From Vicugna vicugna (lineage: Eukaryota), in NCBI GenBank assembly GCA_013265495.1, contig MU061553.1, forward strand, positions 12,835-76,834: 64,000 bases of DNA. The letters are read 5' to 3'. Made by a program: the position numbers and the translations under genes. Below, piece by piece: positions 1-10,393 of the stretch. A model generated the notes under the pieces. That model worked only from the letters and a program-made list of their open reading frames with translations. It searched no databases and was not told the origin of the DNA. Position 1 is the first letter of the stretch. Each line of letters begins with the position of its first letter.

Positions 1-252
1 CCAACATGGAAGGGACCATATTTAGTGGTATTAACTACTCCTACAGCAGTTAAAGTTGCAGGAATCGTCCCTTAGATCCACCACTCCAGAGTCAAGAGAG
101 CGACTGCACCTCAGACAGAGGGTCCCTGGAAAATTGAGAGTGTCCCGGGAGACCCGCTCAAGATCAAGATCAAGAGGGACCAGAAAAGGATCGACGAGCC
201 CTGCTCTAGCCACACCCGGAAGCTGGCTAGTCAACGCACGGCCGAAGCTTGA
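1..252 (+). pseudogene. pol: ERV pol, integrase C-terminus with an in-frame stop
   Basis: Frame 1 reads PTWKGPYLVVLTTPTAVKVAGIVP*IHHSRVKRA...TAEA*. This is the gammaretroviral IN C-terminal motif; the conserved Trp is TAG at 73-75 and the natural stop is at 250-252. Confidence 0.93.
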
Positions 253-439
253 GGAAAGCCCAACACAGCTGTTAAATATATTTCTTTTGTGCTCCCTTGC
301 CTCTTTCCTTGTTTTCTATACCAGTCTGCGTACTAGCAGTGGGGCTAGCCAGCGCTGCCCCACCTGATTGGAACATAGGCCATAAAATCCTGATAGCTAT
401 TTTATATCTTCTTATAATTAGTGCCATCACCGCAGCATC

Positions 440-1692
440 ATGTCTAAAATAATCATAAGGCTGATGTTACTAATGGTAATTTCCTCACTCTCCTTGGCTG
501 TACAATGCACCTGAATGGAACCGGGTGACAGGTGGTCCATATACCGGCCTGTATTTTCAGCTTATACTTATCAGCCGAGTCAATGCTATGACTCCGCTTC
601 AGAGTGCACATATCAGGGAAAATCCTACTGGATTGGCACAATTAAGGCTTATTATGTATCTAGCATCAAATGCTATGGCACACCCGGCAAGCTGGTGTGC
701 TGGACCAAGCAAACACATTATGGGATGAGTGATGGAGGGGGCGTACAGGACCAGGCACGCCGGCAAGCAGTCCAACAAGCAGTCCAGAGGCAACACCGGA
801 AGTTATTACCTACCCGGAAGCCAATAAAACTTCCATCTTTAGCTGAGCCTCGGGATCTGGATCCACAAATAAATGGGCTGTTAGCCGCAGTCCATGGGAT
901 TCTCAATCATTCCAATCCAGACCTGGCTANNNNNNNNNNNNNNNNNNNNNNNNNNNNNNNNNNNNNNNNNNNNNNNNNNNNNNNNNNNNNNNNNNNNNNN
1001 NNNNNNNNNNNNNNNNNNNNNNNNNNNNNNNNTAAATCAATGAAACCTCTCACTGTATGGGTCTAGGGTGCCAACCCACACAAAGATGGTGTTCTAATAA
1101 CGGGACTTATTTTGTATGTGGTGAATTTGCCTACCGGTGCCTCCCTGCCAGACCAGATNNNNNNNNNNNNNNNNNNNNNNNNNNNNNNNNNNNNNNNNNN
1201 NNNNNNNNNNNNNNNNNNNNNNNNNNNNNNAATCAGATTGACTCTCTCGCCGAGGTGGTCTTACAAAACAGGAGGGGTCTGGACTTACTCACGGCCAAAG
1301 AGGGGGGACTATGCCTCTTTCTAAATGAAGAGTGTTGTTTTTATGCCAATCAATCAGGAATTGTCAGAGGGATGGTTCAAGAGTTACAAGACCGAGTGGA
1401 AAAAAGAAAACATATTTTAGATAAGAGCCCATGGACAGGCCCCTGGGGCTGGACCTCCTGGCTGGCACCGTTCATAGGTCCCTTACTCCTGATTTTTGCA
1501 GTTCTGCTGTTTGGGCCCTGTGTCCTAAACTTCCTGACCCGCTTTGTCAGTGAGCAGATAGAGGCTATAAAACTTCAGATGTTAGCCTCCAATTATGAGC
1601 CCCTGCAACAGGTAAATGATGATGCTTACTCCAACAAGGGTTGTGAAAGCATCAAGAGGGGGGAATGTGAAGGAAAAGCCCAGCTGGGCTAA
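440..1692 (+). pseudogene. env: ERV env, RD114/type-D/HERV-W (syncytin-1-like) receptor group; nonsense codon at 512-514; interrupted by two N gaps
   Basis: ATG440 starts signal peptide MSKIIIRLMLLMVISSLSLAVQCT*, which continues in the same frame as MEPG...VCWTKQTHYGMSDGGGVQDQAR...LNHSNPDLA. SU C-terminal NGTYFVCG..AYRCLP. TM subunit has LQNRRGLDLLTAKEGGLCLFLNEECCFY and a hydrophobic anchor. Confidence 0.95.
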
Positions 1693-2179
1693 CAAGCTAA
1701 GTCACAAATCTAAGTGCAACAAGTGTCGGATTACTGATCTTAGTTCTGCTGGACTAACTCATAAATCTGAAGTTTAGTGTCAGTCTATTGGGCTAACGAG
1801 CTCAGTCACAAATCTAAGTGTGATTAGTGTCGGTTTACTGATATAAGTTCTGCCGGGCTAACTTGTAAATCTAAAGTTTAGTGTCAGTTTACTGGGCTAA
1901 CAAGCTAACTCGTAAATCCAAGCTCAACAAGTGTCAGTAACGTGATCTGTTCCAAATTGATAAGCTCCAGTGTACTGATTCCTTGCTTTTTGTTGTTTGA
2001 ACCTTATTGGCTAATAGCCCCATACTTGTAATTAACCCTATAAAACCTCATGTGCACGTCTTGGGGGTGCTCAGTGCTTCGGAGCAGAAGCCCCTCTGAG
2101 CCCGCCGGCGTAATAAATCTGAGTACTCCAACCCTCCGAGTGGTGCTTGTTTCTTGGCTGACCTGTCATTTCCATAACA
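1666..2179 (+). mobile_element. 3' LTR (514 bp)
   Basis: Starts TGT right after the PPT and ends ACA at 2179. Contains an inverted CCAAT (attgg ~2005), TATAAAA (~2039-2045) and AATAAA (2112-2117). Confidence 0.95.
1684..1938 (+). repeat. 104-bp tandem repeat (~2.4 copies) in LTR U3
   Basis: tgggctaac recurs at 1685, 1789 and 1893, with colinear following sequence. Confidence 0.92.
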
Positions 2180-3922
2180 GTTATAGTTGTTAAGTTGTGT
2201 TTAAAAAATTGTTTAATTTCCCTTTTAGCAGGAGGCTGAAAGTAAATAAATGTGTAAACAAACTTATCACACTTAAATGCTTTTATACATTCTAAGCTGT
2301 TTAGTAGTTACTTAAAACCCGAATTGAATACTAAAATGATAACATTTTTACATTATTTTATAATTTTTTATAAAGGTATAGCTGATTTACAATATGATGT
2401 AAGTTTCAGGTTTACAATACATGCTCCATTTATAGTTATTCTAAAACATTGGCTGCATTCCCTGTGTTGTAAGATACATCCCTCCAGCGTATTTACGTTA
2501 CATGTATCAGTTTGTATAAGAAAGTTGGGTAACACAGAGTCTGGAGCATGGCTGTGTCTGAGCCAGGTTTACGGTCACCCTGCCTGTCACAGCCCAGGCC
2601 CTCACTCCTTTCTGCAGGGGAGCTAGTGGAGGCAGCTCTCATCAGCGCTGGCACCACCCTCTGAGTGGCAGTGACAACAGTGACTGTCTGTGGACATTCA
2701 AAGTGTTTTTCCAGGAAATTTACATGCATTTCTGCATTTAATAATTAAGCCCTCCTCTGAGGAATCGTTTTATGTTTATAATGAATAATACATTTTATTT
2801 TGATATTGATAGAATCCAAACCTCTAGAATATTTACAGGAATAGTTCAATAAACCCTTAGATACAGTTCACCTAAAAGGGTACTATTAGCCCTTTGTGTC
2901 TAGCTTATTTTAGTGTAAAGTTTCAAGGTTCATCCATGTTGTAGCCTGAATCAGTACTTTATTCTTTTGGTTTGATAATATCGTTTTTCTTTTATTCGTT
3001 TTTGGTCTATTTAAAAATATTTTCATTGAAGTCTACTGAGTTTATAATGCTGCATCAGTTTCTTGTGTACAGCACAGCACTTCAGTTATATAGGAACATA
3101 CCTGTATTCATTTTCATATTCTTTTTCAACATAAGTTACTATAAGGTATTAAATATATTTCCCTGTTCTATACAGTATAAATTTGCTGTTTATTCTATAC
3201 ATAGTCAGTATCTGCAAATCTTGAACTCCCAATTTATTCCTTCCCACACCCTCTCCCCTTGGGTAACCATAGTTTGGTTTCTATGTCTCTGTGTCTGTTT
3301 CTGTTCTGTAGATAAGTTTATTTTATTTATTTTTTTAGATTCCACATGTGAGCAATCTCATATGGTATTTTTCTTTCTCTTTCTGTCTTACTTCACTTAG
3401 AATGACATTCTCCAGGTCCATTCATGTTGCTACAAATGGCATTAATTTATTGTTTTTTTTATAGCTGAATAGTAGTCTTTTGTACAAATATACTACAACC
3501 TCTTTATCCAGTTATCTGTCAGTGGACATTTAGGTTGTTTCCATGTCTTGCTATTGTAAATAGTGCTGCTGTGAACATTTGGGTGTAGGTGTCTTTTTGA
3601 ATTAGGGTTCCTTCTGGATATATGCCCAGGAGTGGGATTGCTGGGTCATAAGGGAGGTTAATTTTTTGTCTTTTGAAGAACCTCTGTACTGTTTTCCACA
3701 ATGGCTCCACCAAACTGCATTCCCAGCACAGTGTAGGAGCGTTCCCATTTCTCCACAGCCTCTGCAGCATTTATTGTTTGTGAACTACTGAATGATGTCT
3801 ATTCTGACTGGTGAGAGGTGATACTTGATTGCAGTTTTGATTTGCATTTCTCTGATAATGATATTGAGCATTTTTTTCATGTGCCTATTGGCCATTTGTA
3901 TGTCTTCATTGGAGAAAGGTTT

Positions 3923-3940
3923 AGATCGGAAGAGCGTCGT
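3923..3940 (+). other. Illumina TruSeq adapter contamination at a contig edge
   Basis: AGATCGGAAGAGCGTCGT directly before an N gap; absent from the paralogous copy. Confidence 0.96.
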
Positions 3941-4430
3941 NNNNNNNNNNNNNNNNNNNNNNNNNNNNNNNNNNNNNNNNNNNNNNNNNNNNNNNNNNNN
4001 NNNNNNNNNNNNNNNNNNNNNNNNNNNNNNNNNNNNNNNNNNNNNNNNNNNNNNNNNNNNNNNNNNNNNNNNNNNNNNGTTTTCTTCTAAGAGGTTTATA
4101 GTTTCTTGTCTACATGTTTAAGTCTTTAAGCCATTTTGAATTTATTTTTGTGTATGCTGTGAGGGAGTAGTCTAACTTCATTGATTTACATGCAGCTGTC
4201 CAGTTTTCCCTACACCATTTGCTGAAGAGGCTGTCTTTACTCCATTGTATGTTCTCACCTCCTTTGTCAAAGATTCAATGACCAAAGTTTGTGGGACTAT
4301 TCTTGGTAATTTTGTTTATCCATTCATTGATGGATGGATATTGTTTATAACTTTTGGCTACTCTGAATGATACTGCTATGAATATTGATGTGCAAGTTTT
4401 TGTGAGAATATGTTTTCATTCTTTCGGGTG

Positions 4431-4576
4431 TACAGTTGGCCCGCCATATGTGTAGTTTCCACTTCATTGATCCAGATGGCTGATTGTAAAGGGACTCGAA
4501 CATCCTTGGATAATGGTATCCAGGGTTGGGGGTTCCTGAAACCAACCCCCCGAGGATACTGAGTGAAGACTCTATA
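4431..4576. mobile_element. Short TcMar-Tigger (MER2/Tigger3-like) element inside L1
   Basis: Begins TA|cagttggccc, ends in a degenerate inverted terminus followed by TA; also present in copy 2 (~59184-59330). Confidence 0.7.
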
Positions 4577-5009
4577 TGTAGGAGTGGAATTGCTGAGCCA
4601 TATAACTCTAACCTTTTGAGGAAACACCAGACTTTTCCAAAGAAGCTGCACCATCATCCCTTTCCACTGGCCGCATATGAGGTTTCTCTGCCTCCTGACC
4701 GACACTTATTATTGTCCATGTTTTGATTATAACCATCCTAGTGGGTGTAAAATGAGATCTTATTCTGATTTTGATTTGGCTAGTGATGCTGAGCATCTTT
4801 TCCTATGCTTATTGGCCATTTGTGTATCTATTTAAATCCTTGGCAAATTTATAAATTGGGTCATTTTCTTTATATTGTTCATTTGTAAGCATTTGTTATA
4901 TATCCTGGATACTAGTCTCTTATTAGATATATACTTTGCAAATTTTTTCTCCTGTTCTGCAGATTGTCCTTTCACTTTAGTTTTTTTAAACATTAAAACA
5001 ATTTCTTCA

Positions 5010-5093
5010 TAGGGGAGGTAATTAGATGTATTGAATTTTATTTTATTTTTCGTGCTAAGCATGCACTCTATCACATGAGAAACCCCCTTCCCC
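5010..5093 (-). mobile_element. Internally deleted Vic-1-type SINE (also at ~59777-59876)
   Basis: Has the ggggaggtaattag tail and gctaagcatgcactcta..cccc head but lacks the B-box segment in both copies. Confidence 0.65.
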
Positions 5094-8000
5094 TGTCATT
5101 TCACTTTCTTGATGATGTCCTTTGTAAGAAAAAGGTTTTAAATTTGATGAAGTCCAGTTTATCTGGTTTTATCTTCTATCACTTGTGCTCTTGGTATTAT
5201 ATCTAGGACACCAAAGCCTATCAAAGGAACACAAAGATTTGTGATTCTTCTTTTAGAAAGTTTATAGATTTAGTTTTCACGTTTCTGTCTGTTATCCATT
5301 TTGAATTAATTTTTATTTGTTACATAAAATATGGGGGTCCAGATTCCAGATTCATTCTTTGCCTGCAGATACCCAGCTGTCCCTGCAACATTTGTTGAAT
5401 AGACTATTCTTTGGATAGAGTGTTGTTCTCACCCTTGTGGAAAACTGACTGTTAATGTAAGTATTTTCCCCCTGGGTTTTTATTCTGTTTCATAGATTTA
5501 TTTATCCAAACTTATGCCCATACTATACTGACTTGAGTACTGTAGTTTTTGTTCACTTTAAAGTGAGTCCTCCAAATTTGCAATTCTTTTTGAAGATTGT
5601 TTTGGCTGACCTGGGTCCCTTGCATTTCCATATGAATTTTGGGATCAGTTTTTCAATTTTTCCAAAGAAGTCCGCTGGAATTTTGATAGGGATTCCACTG
5701 AATTTGTAGATCTCTTTGGGGAGTCCTAACAATTTTAACAATATTGTGTACCATTCCTTGAACATGGGATGTCTTCCATATATGTAGATCTTTTAAATTT
5801 TATTTTGGTGATACTTCAAAATGTTCAATGTATAAATCTTGTAAATTTTTGTTAAATGTATCTCCCATTTTATTTTTAATGCTGTTGTAAATGGAAAGGC
5901 TGAGCTTCTTAAGGATGGTACTCTATATCAATTTATTTCTTGGATTCCTACACAGCAAATACACTAGGTTTATATTTGCCACATAAATCTATCCACATCT
6001 CTTCCCACCCCCGTGTTATAAGAAACCAAGACATAAGTTTAGCTACCTGAACACCTATGTGGAAGTGAGAAATGAGACCCTTGGGTGGGGCACAGTGCAG
6101 ATGATACTGAGAGCTTATTCAGGATGGCACTATCTTAATTTCTTTTAAACAACCCTTTCAGTGTATTTAGTCAGATACATTAAGAACATGCCCTTTTGAT
6201 GTGCAGAGGAGCTAAGACTATCATTTTCAAACAATTTCTAGTGAGAGTGTTGTACTTGAAAACTAATTTGCATCAATCTTTGAAGAATTATGTTTCAGGA
6301 GCTTTGACTAAAGAACACCTGTCTTTATTCAATAACGACAACTAAATGCTCAAACAACATGTAACAGTTTGAGCAAACTGCCCCCGCCCCGTAGTGCTGG
6401 TTGGCTGCAGCTGTAACTGGATCCAGCGCTTACCTCTCCCAGGACGCTTGTGCTGATCTGCTCAAAGGGGTTCGTCCAACAGTTTGTCAGTAGTCTGTTG
6501 CACAAAGCCATAAAACATTGATTTAAGGTTGCTGGAATGGAATCTATTCATATTAATATTAAGTAAGCACATATTGAGTGCTTATTGTATGTTGGGAATT
6601 GTCCCTCAACCTCACATGAATATTATTTCTCTTAAAATCTCACATATTTCCTTGTTATTCTCATTTTATAGATAAGGAGATGGAGATTTAGGTCTTCTCT
6701 CTTCTGGGGGGAGCTCACTATCAATGACTGGAAGTTGTAAGGAAAAAGAAATTGATTCATCCTGAGAAAATATTTTTCTGAGAGTCAGCAATGAAGAGTT
6801 TGACCGCTGAAGAAGGTGATCATTGTTCGAGTGAGACGAGCCCCTGGTTGTACGGAGTCAGCATCCTTGTCCTGGACACGGCCAGTGTAGAGCTGAGTGG
6901 TGGGTGAGGCGGTGCGGCCGCTCAGGGAACGAGGAAGCCGGGCCATTGGGCTGTGCTCAGGCCCGGTGGGGCTTTCCCTTAAGGGCAGTGGACCGTCATT
7001 GACAGATTTTAAGTAGGGGAATGTGGCGTTCTCATAGATCAATTTTGTCTTGTAGAATGCTTGCGAACATTTAGTAGGCTCGTCAGGAGGTGATGTGATG
7101 AGTCAGAGTAGGGTGGCTGCGAGGTTTAGCAGTGTTCAATTTTCAAGTGGTTTTCAGTCCCATGTTTGTGGCTCAGTAGCCTTGTCACTTTGGATGACGC
7201 ACTGAAGGAAGTGAAACAATTTATCTAATCAATTGAAGCAGTGATATACCCACTTCCCAGGACTGCTGCAGAGATCCAGTGAGATAACGTGTGCACAGTG
7301 TGCAGCATGGACCCCAGCACAGAGACAGTGCTGAGTGAGTGCCAGTAAATACCTGGTAGGACAGGTGTGGGTGGCAGGTTTCGGTGACTGAGGAAATCTG
7401 AGCCCTGAAGGAGGGGTGCAGGCACATCTGTGAGTGATGGTACTGAGGCAGGAGAGGCAGGGATACCTTGACCCCCGACCAGGGGCCCTGGACAGGATGG
7501 CTATGGGAGGAGATCCGTGAAGTCAGCTCTGTGCAGGTGGAGTTGCAGGTGCCCTTGAGACATGTAAGTGCAGTGTCACGGGCTCACAGAGGAGGTCTGG
7601 GCCCGGGCTGTGAATTTTCCTATAATCTCGATACTTCAGGATGCCGATGTATTGATCCCTGAACGTGAAGACGTACTTTACAGGACAAGTGAATAGTAGT
7701 ATCATCTCTGTCATCAGAGCTCACGTCTCTTTATTCATCACTCACTTTGCTAATTGGGTACTTACAGAGCTCACTTCACCGTCCTCCCCTGGGCTCAGGC
7801 TCCACAGTAAAGAGCTGGTGAGCCTCCCTCTTTTCCAGAAGAAGACACATTTAGCTGGTATCCTTCCAGACCTCGCCAGACTTAGAATTTTAGTTTGTTG
7901 TTTTAATTCTATTTTCTGTTGGCCATCTCCTGACAGGAGAGAAATTTTACCTCATGGTCATGTTTCAATTAGCTGTTACTGAGAATTGCTGATCTGACCC

Positions 8001-10393
8001 ATAGTGTATGTATTCTATTAACTTTGTAGAGTTCTTATCATTTTTCTGTCTTTGCCCTTTAATTCTGTTTGCCCCTTCAAGATTCTATCCTATTTGGAGC
8101 CTTTATTTTTTTTAATTAAAAAAGTCTAAAGTCTGTTATAAGAAAACAAAAGAAAAGAAAAAATATACAGGATGCCTAAATTTAGAAAATACCTAGTGTG
8201 TTTTCTGTCTCGGCAATGGAGGGTTCTAGAAACTCGTGAAAACCTTCACTACACAAGTTCCTAAAAATGCTGATTAAGAAGTAAAACCTTCCTTCCTCAT
8301 CTTTCAAGCTGCAAAGTTAATTGTCAAGAAAGTGAGGGGAATTCCTCAGAACAAGACAAACCAGAAAGCAGGGATTCTGGGAGGTAAGGGAGGCTTAGAA
8401 GCCCTGGGGGGCCGGTTGGCTCCTGAGCTGAGTTTCAGTTGCCCTGACAGGAGGGCAGGAGGTGAGCCCCAGGCCTCTCACACTGGGAGTTGGATGGCTG
8501 ATCCTATGTAAGGCCAAGCACATCCTGAGAAGCCTGCTTTACTAAAAGGTGAACTAGGAAAAAGAAAATTTCCTCAAGGCAAGAAAGTAAGGAAAGTGAA
8601 TTTTGTTGGAAGAGGGGAAAAATAACTAATCCAAAGTAAGGATATAGTTTAAAGCTGTTCTGGCATGAGAGTGACCATAAACTCTTTGCAGAAAAGCACA
8701 GCTACCCCTGGAATGAGAAGTTGAGTTTTGAATGAATCAGTGGACAGCCATTCCGAAAAAGGCCTCCAGAGTCTTGTGGATCAAGATACTGGACCGCAAA
8801 CACTTCTCTTCCAAGGTCTCATTCAAATAACCAGAAAGATTTTAAAGGAAAGAAGCCATAATCATAGTTCTATTTATTGACATTACTATATGCAACGAAT
8901 TCAGAGGCAATTATGGAGTTATCTCCTCTTTTATGGATCTTACTTTCTCTTTGGGGAGGCAAACTGACATAGTTGGGGAGCTTGGTGGAGGGAGGTGTTA
9001 GTCTGTTGCAATTAGCTAGGAGAGGAGATTAAGAAAGCAGTGAATGGTGGGTAAACTTTTTAGCTGAGGACAGTCTTGTTGAGTTGGCTTTTAATTGCAG
9101 GCTCGATGAATTGTCACAAGAGGGAATAGATCTTATGGAGGATGGACTTAGCCCAGGGCTCTTTAGAATGGACAAGTGAAACTGGAGAAAGACAATAAAA
9201 TCTGTGCAGACATTAAAGTTCACTTGAACGTGCTCCGTCCCTGAGCCAAAGATAGGACAAATATGCAGCACTTCTTGAGGACAGAGGAGTGGTTTTTTAA
9301 GGTTCTCCAAGAATGAATCCCAGGGAACTGAGATGGCCAGTTGTCAAACTGTGACTTTGCTCTCTGGACGGTGTACCCACCAATGGTATTGGCCTTTTAT
9401 ATGTTTCCATTTCTCTTAAATACATGTCACGTGATGAGGACGTGGGCACAAATGTTTGACACTTTTTCGAGGTGACTTTTGGTACCTGCCTAGAAGCACG
9501 GGCACAGTTACGGCAGCGTCATACATCTTGCTGCCCATCCCGTTCCCTGGATCCGTGATCACGGCAGAGTGGTTCCTTGTTGACCTGTCCGTCTCCTCTG
9601 TGACATCATAACCCATGAAGAGACCGGAGCGTATTAACTTGGCTTTGTTAAAGTCAAAGGAACAGATCTAACATGGAGTCAGATTTGTTCTTTCCTATTT
9701 CAGTAGTGCCATGGAGAAGGCACTTTGGGCAGCTTTTTGTAGGGTCCTGGGGGCATTCTCTCTCAGTCTCTGGGCACCTGTATTGCAAACTCTTCATAGC
9801 TGTCTGGCCTGCTGGAAAATCTCTCTGTTTTGCCCTGAAGGTGTGTTCTATTTATAACTCATCTCTACTCTTTGGAAAACAACTCAATAAAAATTCAGTT
9901 GGTGTTCCATCAGCCATGGGCAGGGGTGAGGGATAGCATGTTATAATTTTATAAAATAATAATAATAATGATAATAATAATAATTAGTAATTAATAATAA
10001 TAATAAAAGAAGTCTTAAAACAGCACTGGGCACATAGGAGAGAGTCAATAAAAGCTTCCGGGCTTATATCAAAGGTGATGGCTCAGTGATTTCATGGCTG
10101 CTGTATTTGCTGTGCTAGTTACTCCTTTGATCCATTACACTTTTTTTTAACTGAAAAAGAAATACATGCATATGGTTAAAAAAAATTCAAACAGAGCACA
10201 AAAATACACAAGTGAAAGAAGTTTTCCCTCATCCTCTGTTCTTTCAGCCCTCCCTGGAGATGCCACTGTTTATTATCCTTTGTGTGCTTTTCCTGATATG
10301 CTATGCACAGTCCCACCTATGTATGTAAATTCCTTTAAAGTTTTAGTTATTTTTAACATAAAGGGATTTAAAACCTCAAGTGGCTTCCGCCCC

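Larger units (their letters stand above)
1..2179 (+). mobile_element. 3' portion of a class I (gamma-like, ERV1) endogenous retrovirus: pol tail, env, PPT, 3' LTR
   Basis: Canonical order: integrase GPY motif, env with ISD/CX6CC/TM, PPT aagaggggggaa (1654-1665), LTR TG...CA. The flank from 2180 matches uninterrupted paralogous sequence at 56786. Confidence 0.97.
2880..5890 (-). mobile_element. Nested LINE-1 fragments (older L1M with a younger L1 3' end at ~3010-4285)
   Basis: Minus-strand ORF2 remnants: [15 protein letters not shown] (3519-3770) and IYKFSGIPIKIPADFFGKIEKLIPKFIWK (5553-5765). Confidence 0.9.
2180..9207 (+). repeat. Segmental duplication, copy 1 (direct repeat of 56786-64000)
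   Basis: Colinear alignment over ~7 kb including non-repeat sequence; offset 54606 at the left end and 54793 at the right end. Confidence 0.97.

Noticed and set aside
73..514. APOBEC3 hypermutation as the cause of the ERV stops
   Set aside because: Only the pol TGG>TAG fits; the env stop aligns to Cys, and the other visible Trp codons are intact.
7665..7982. 105-aa ORF nearly identical in both copies
   Set aside because: GTG start and no homolog; all observed differences change amino acids, so its conservation reflects the near-identical DNA patch.
9101..9179. Plus-strand terminal coding exon candidate (LDELSQEGIDLMEDGLSPGLFRMDK*), frame kept in both copies
   Set aside because: Only 25 codons, with 5 synonymous and 5 non-synonymous codon differences, no recognisable homolog and no supported upstream exon; it also overlaps a minus-strand exon candidate.
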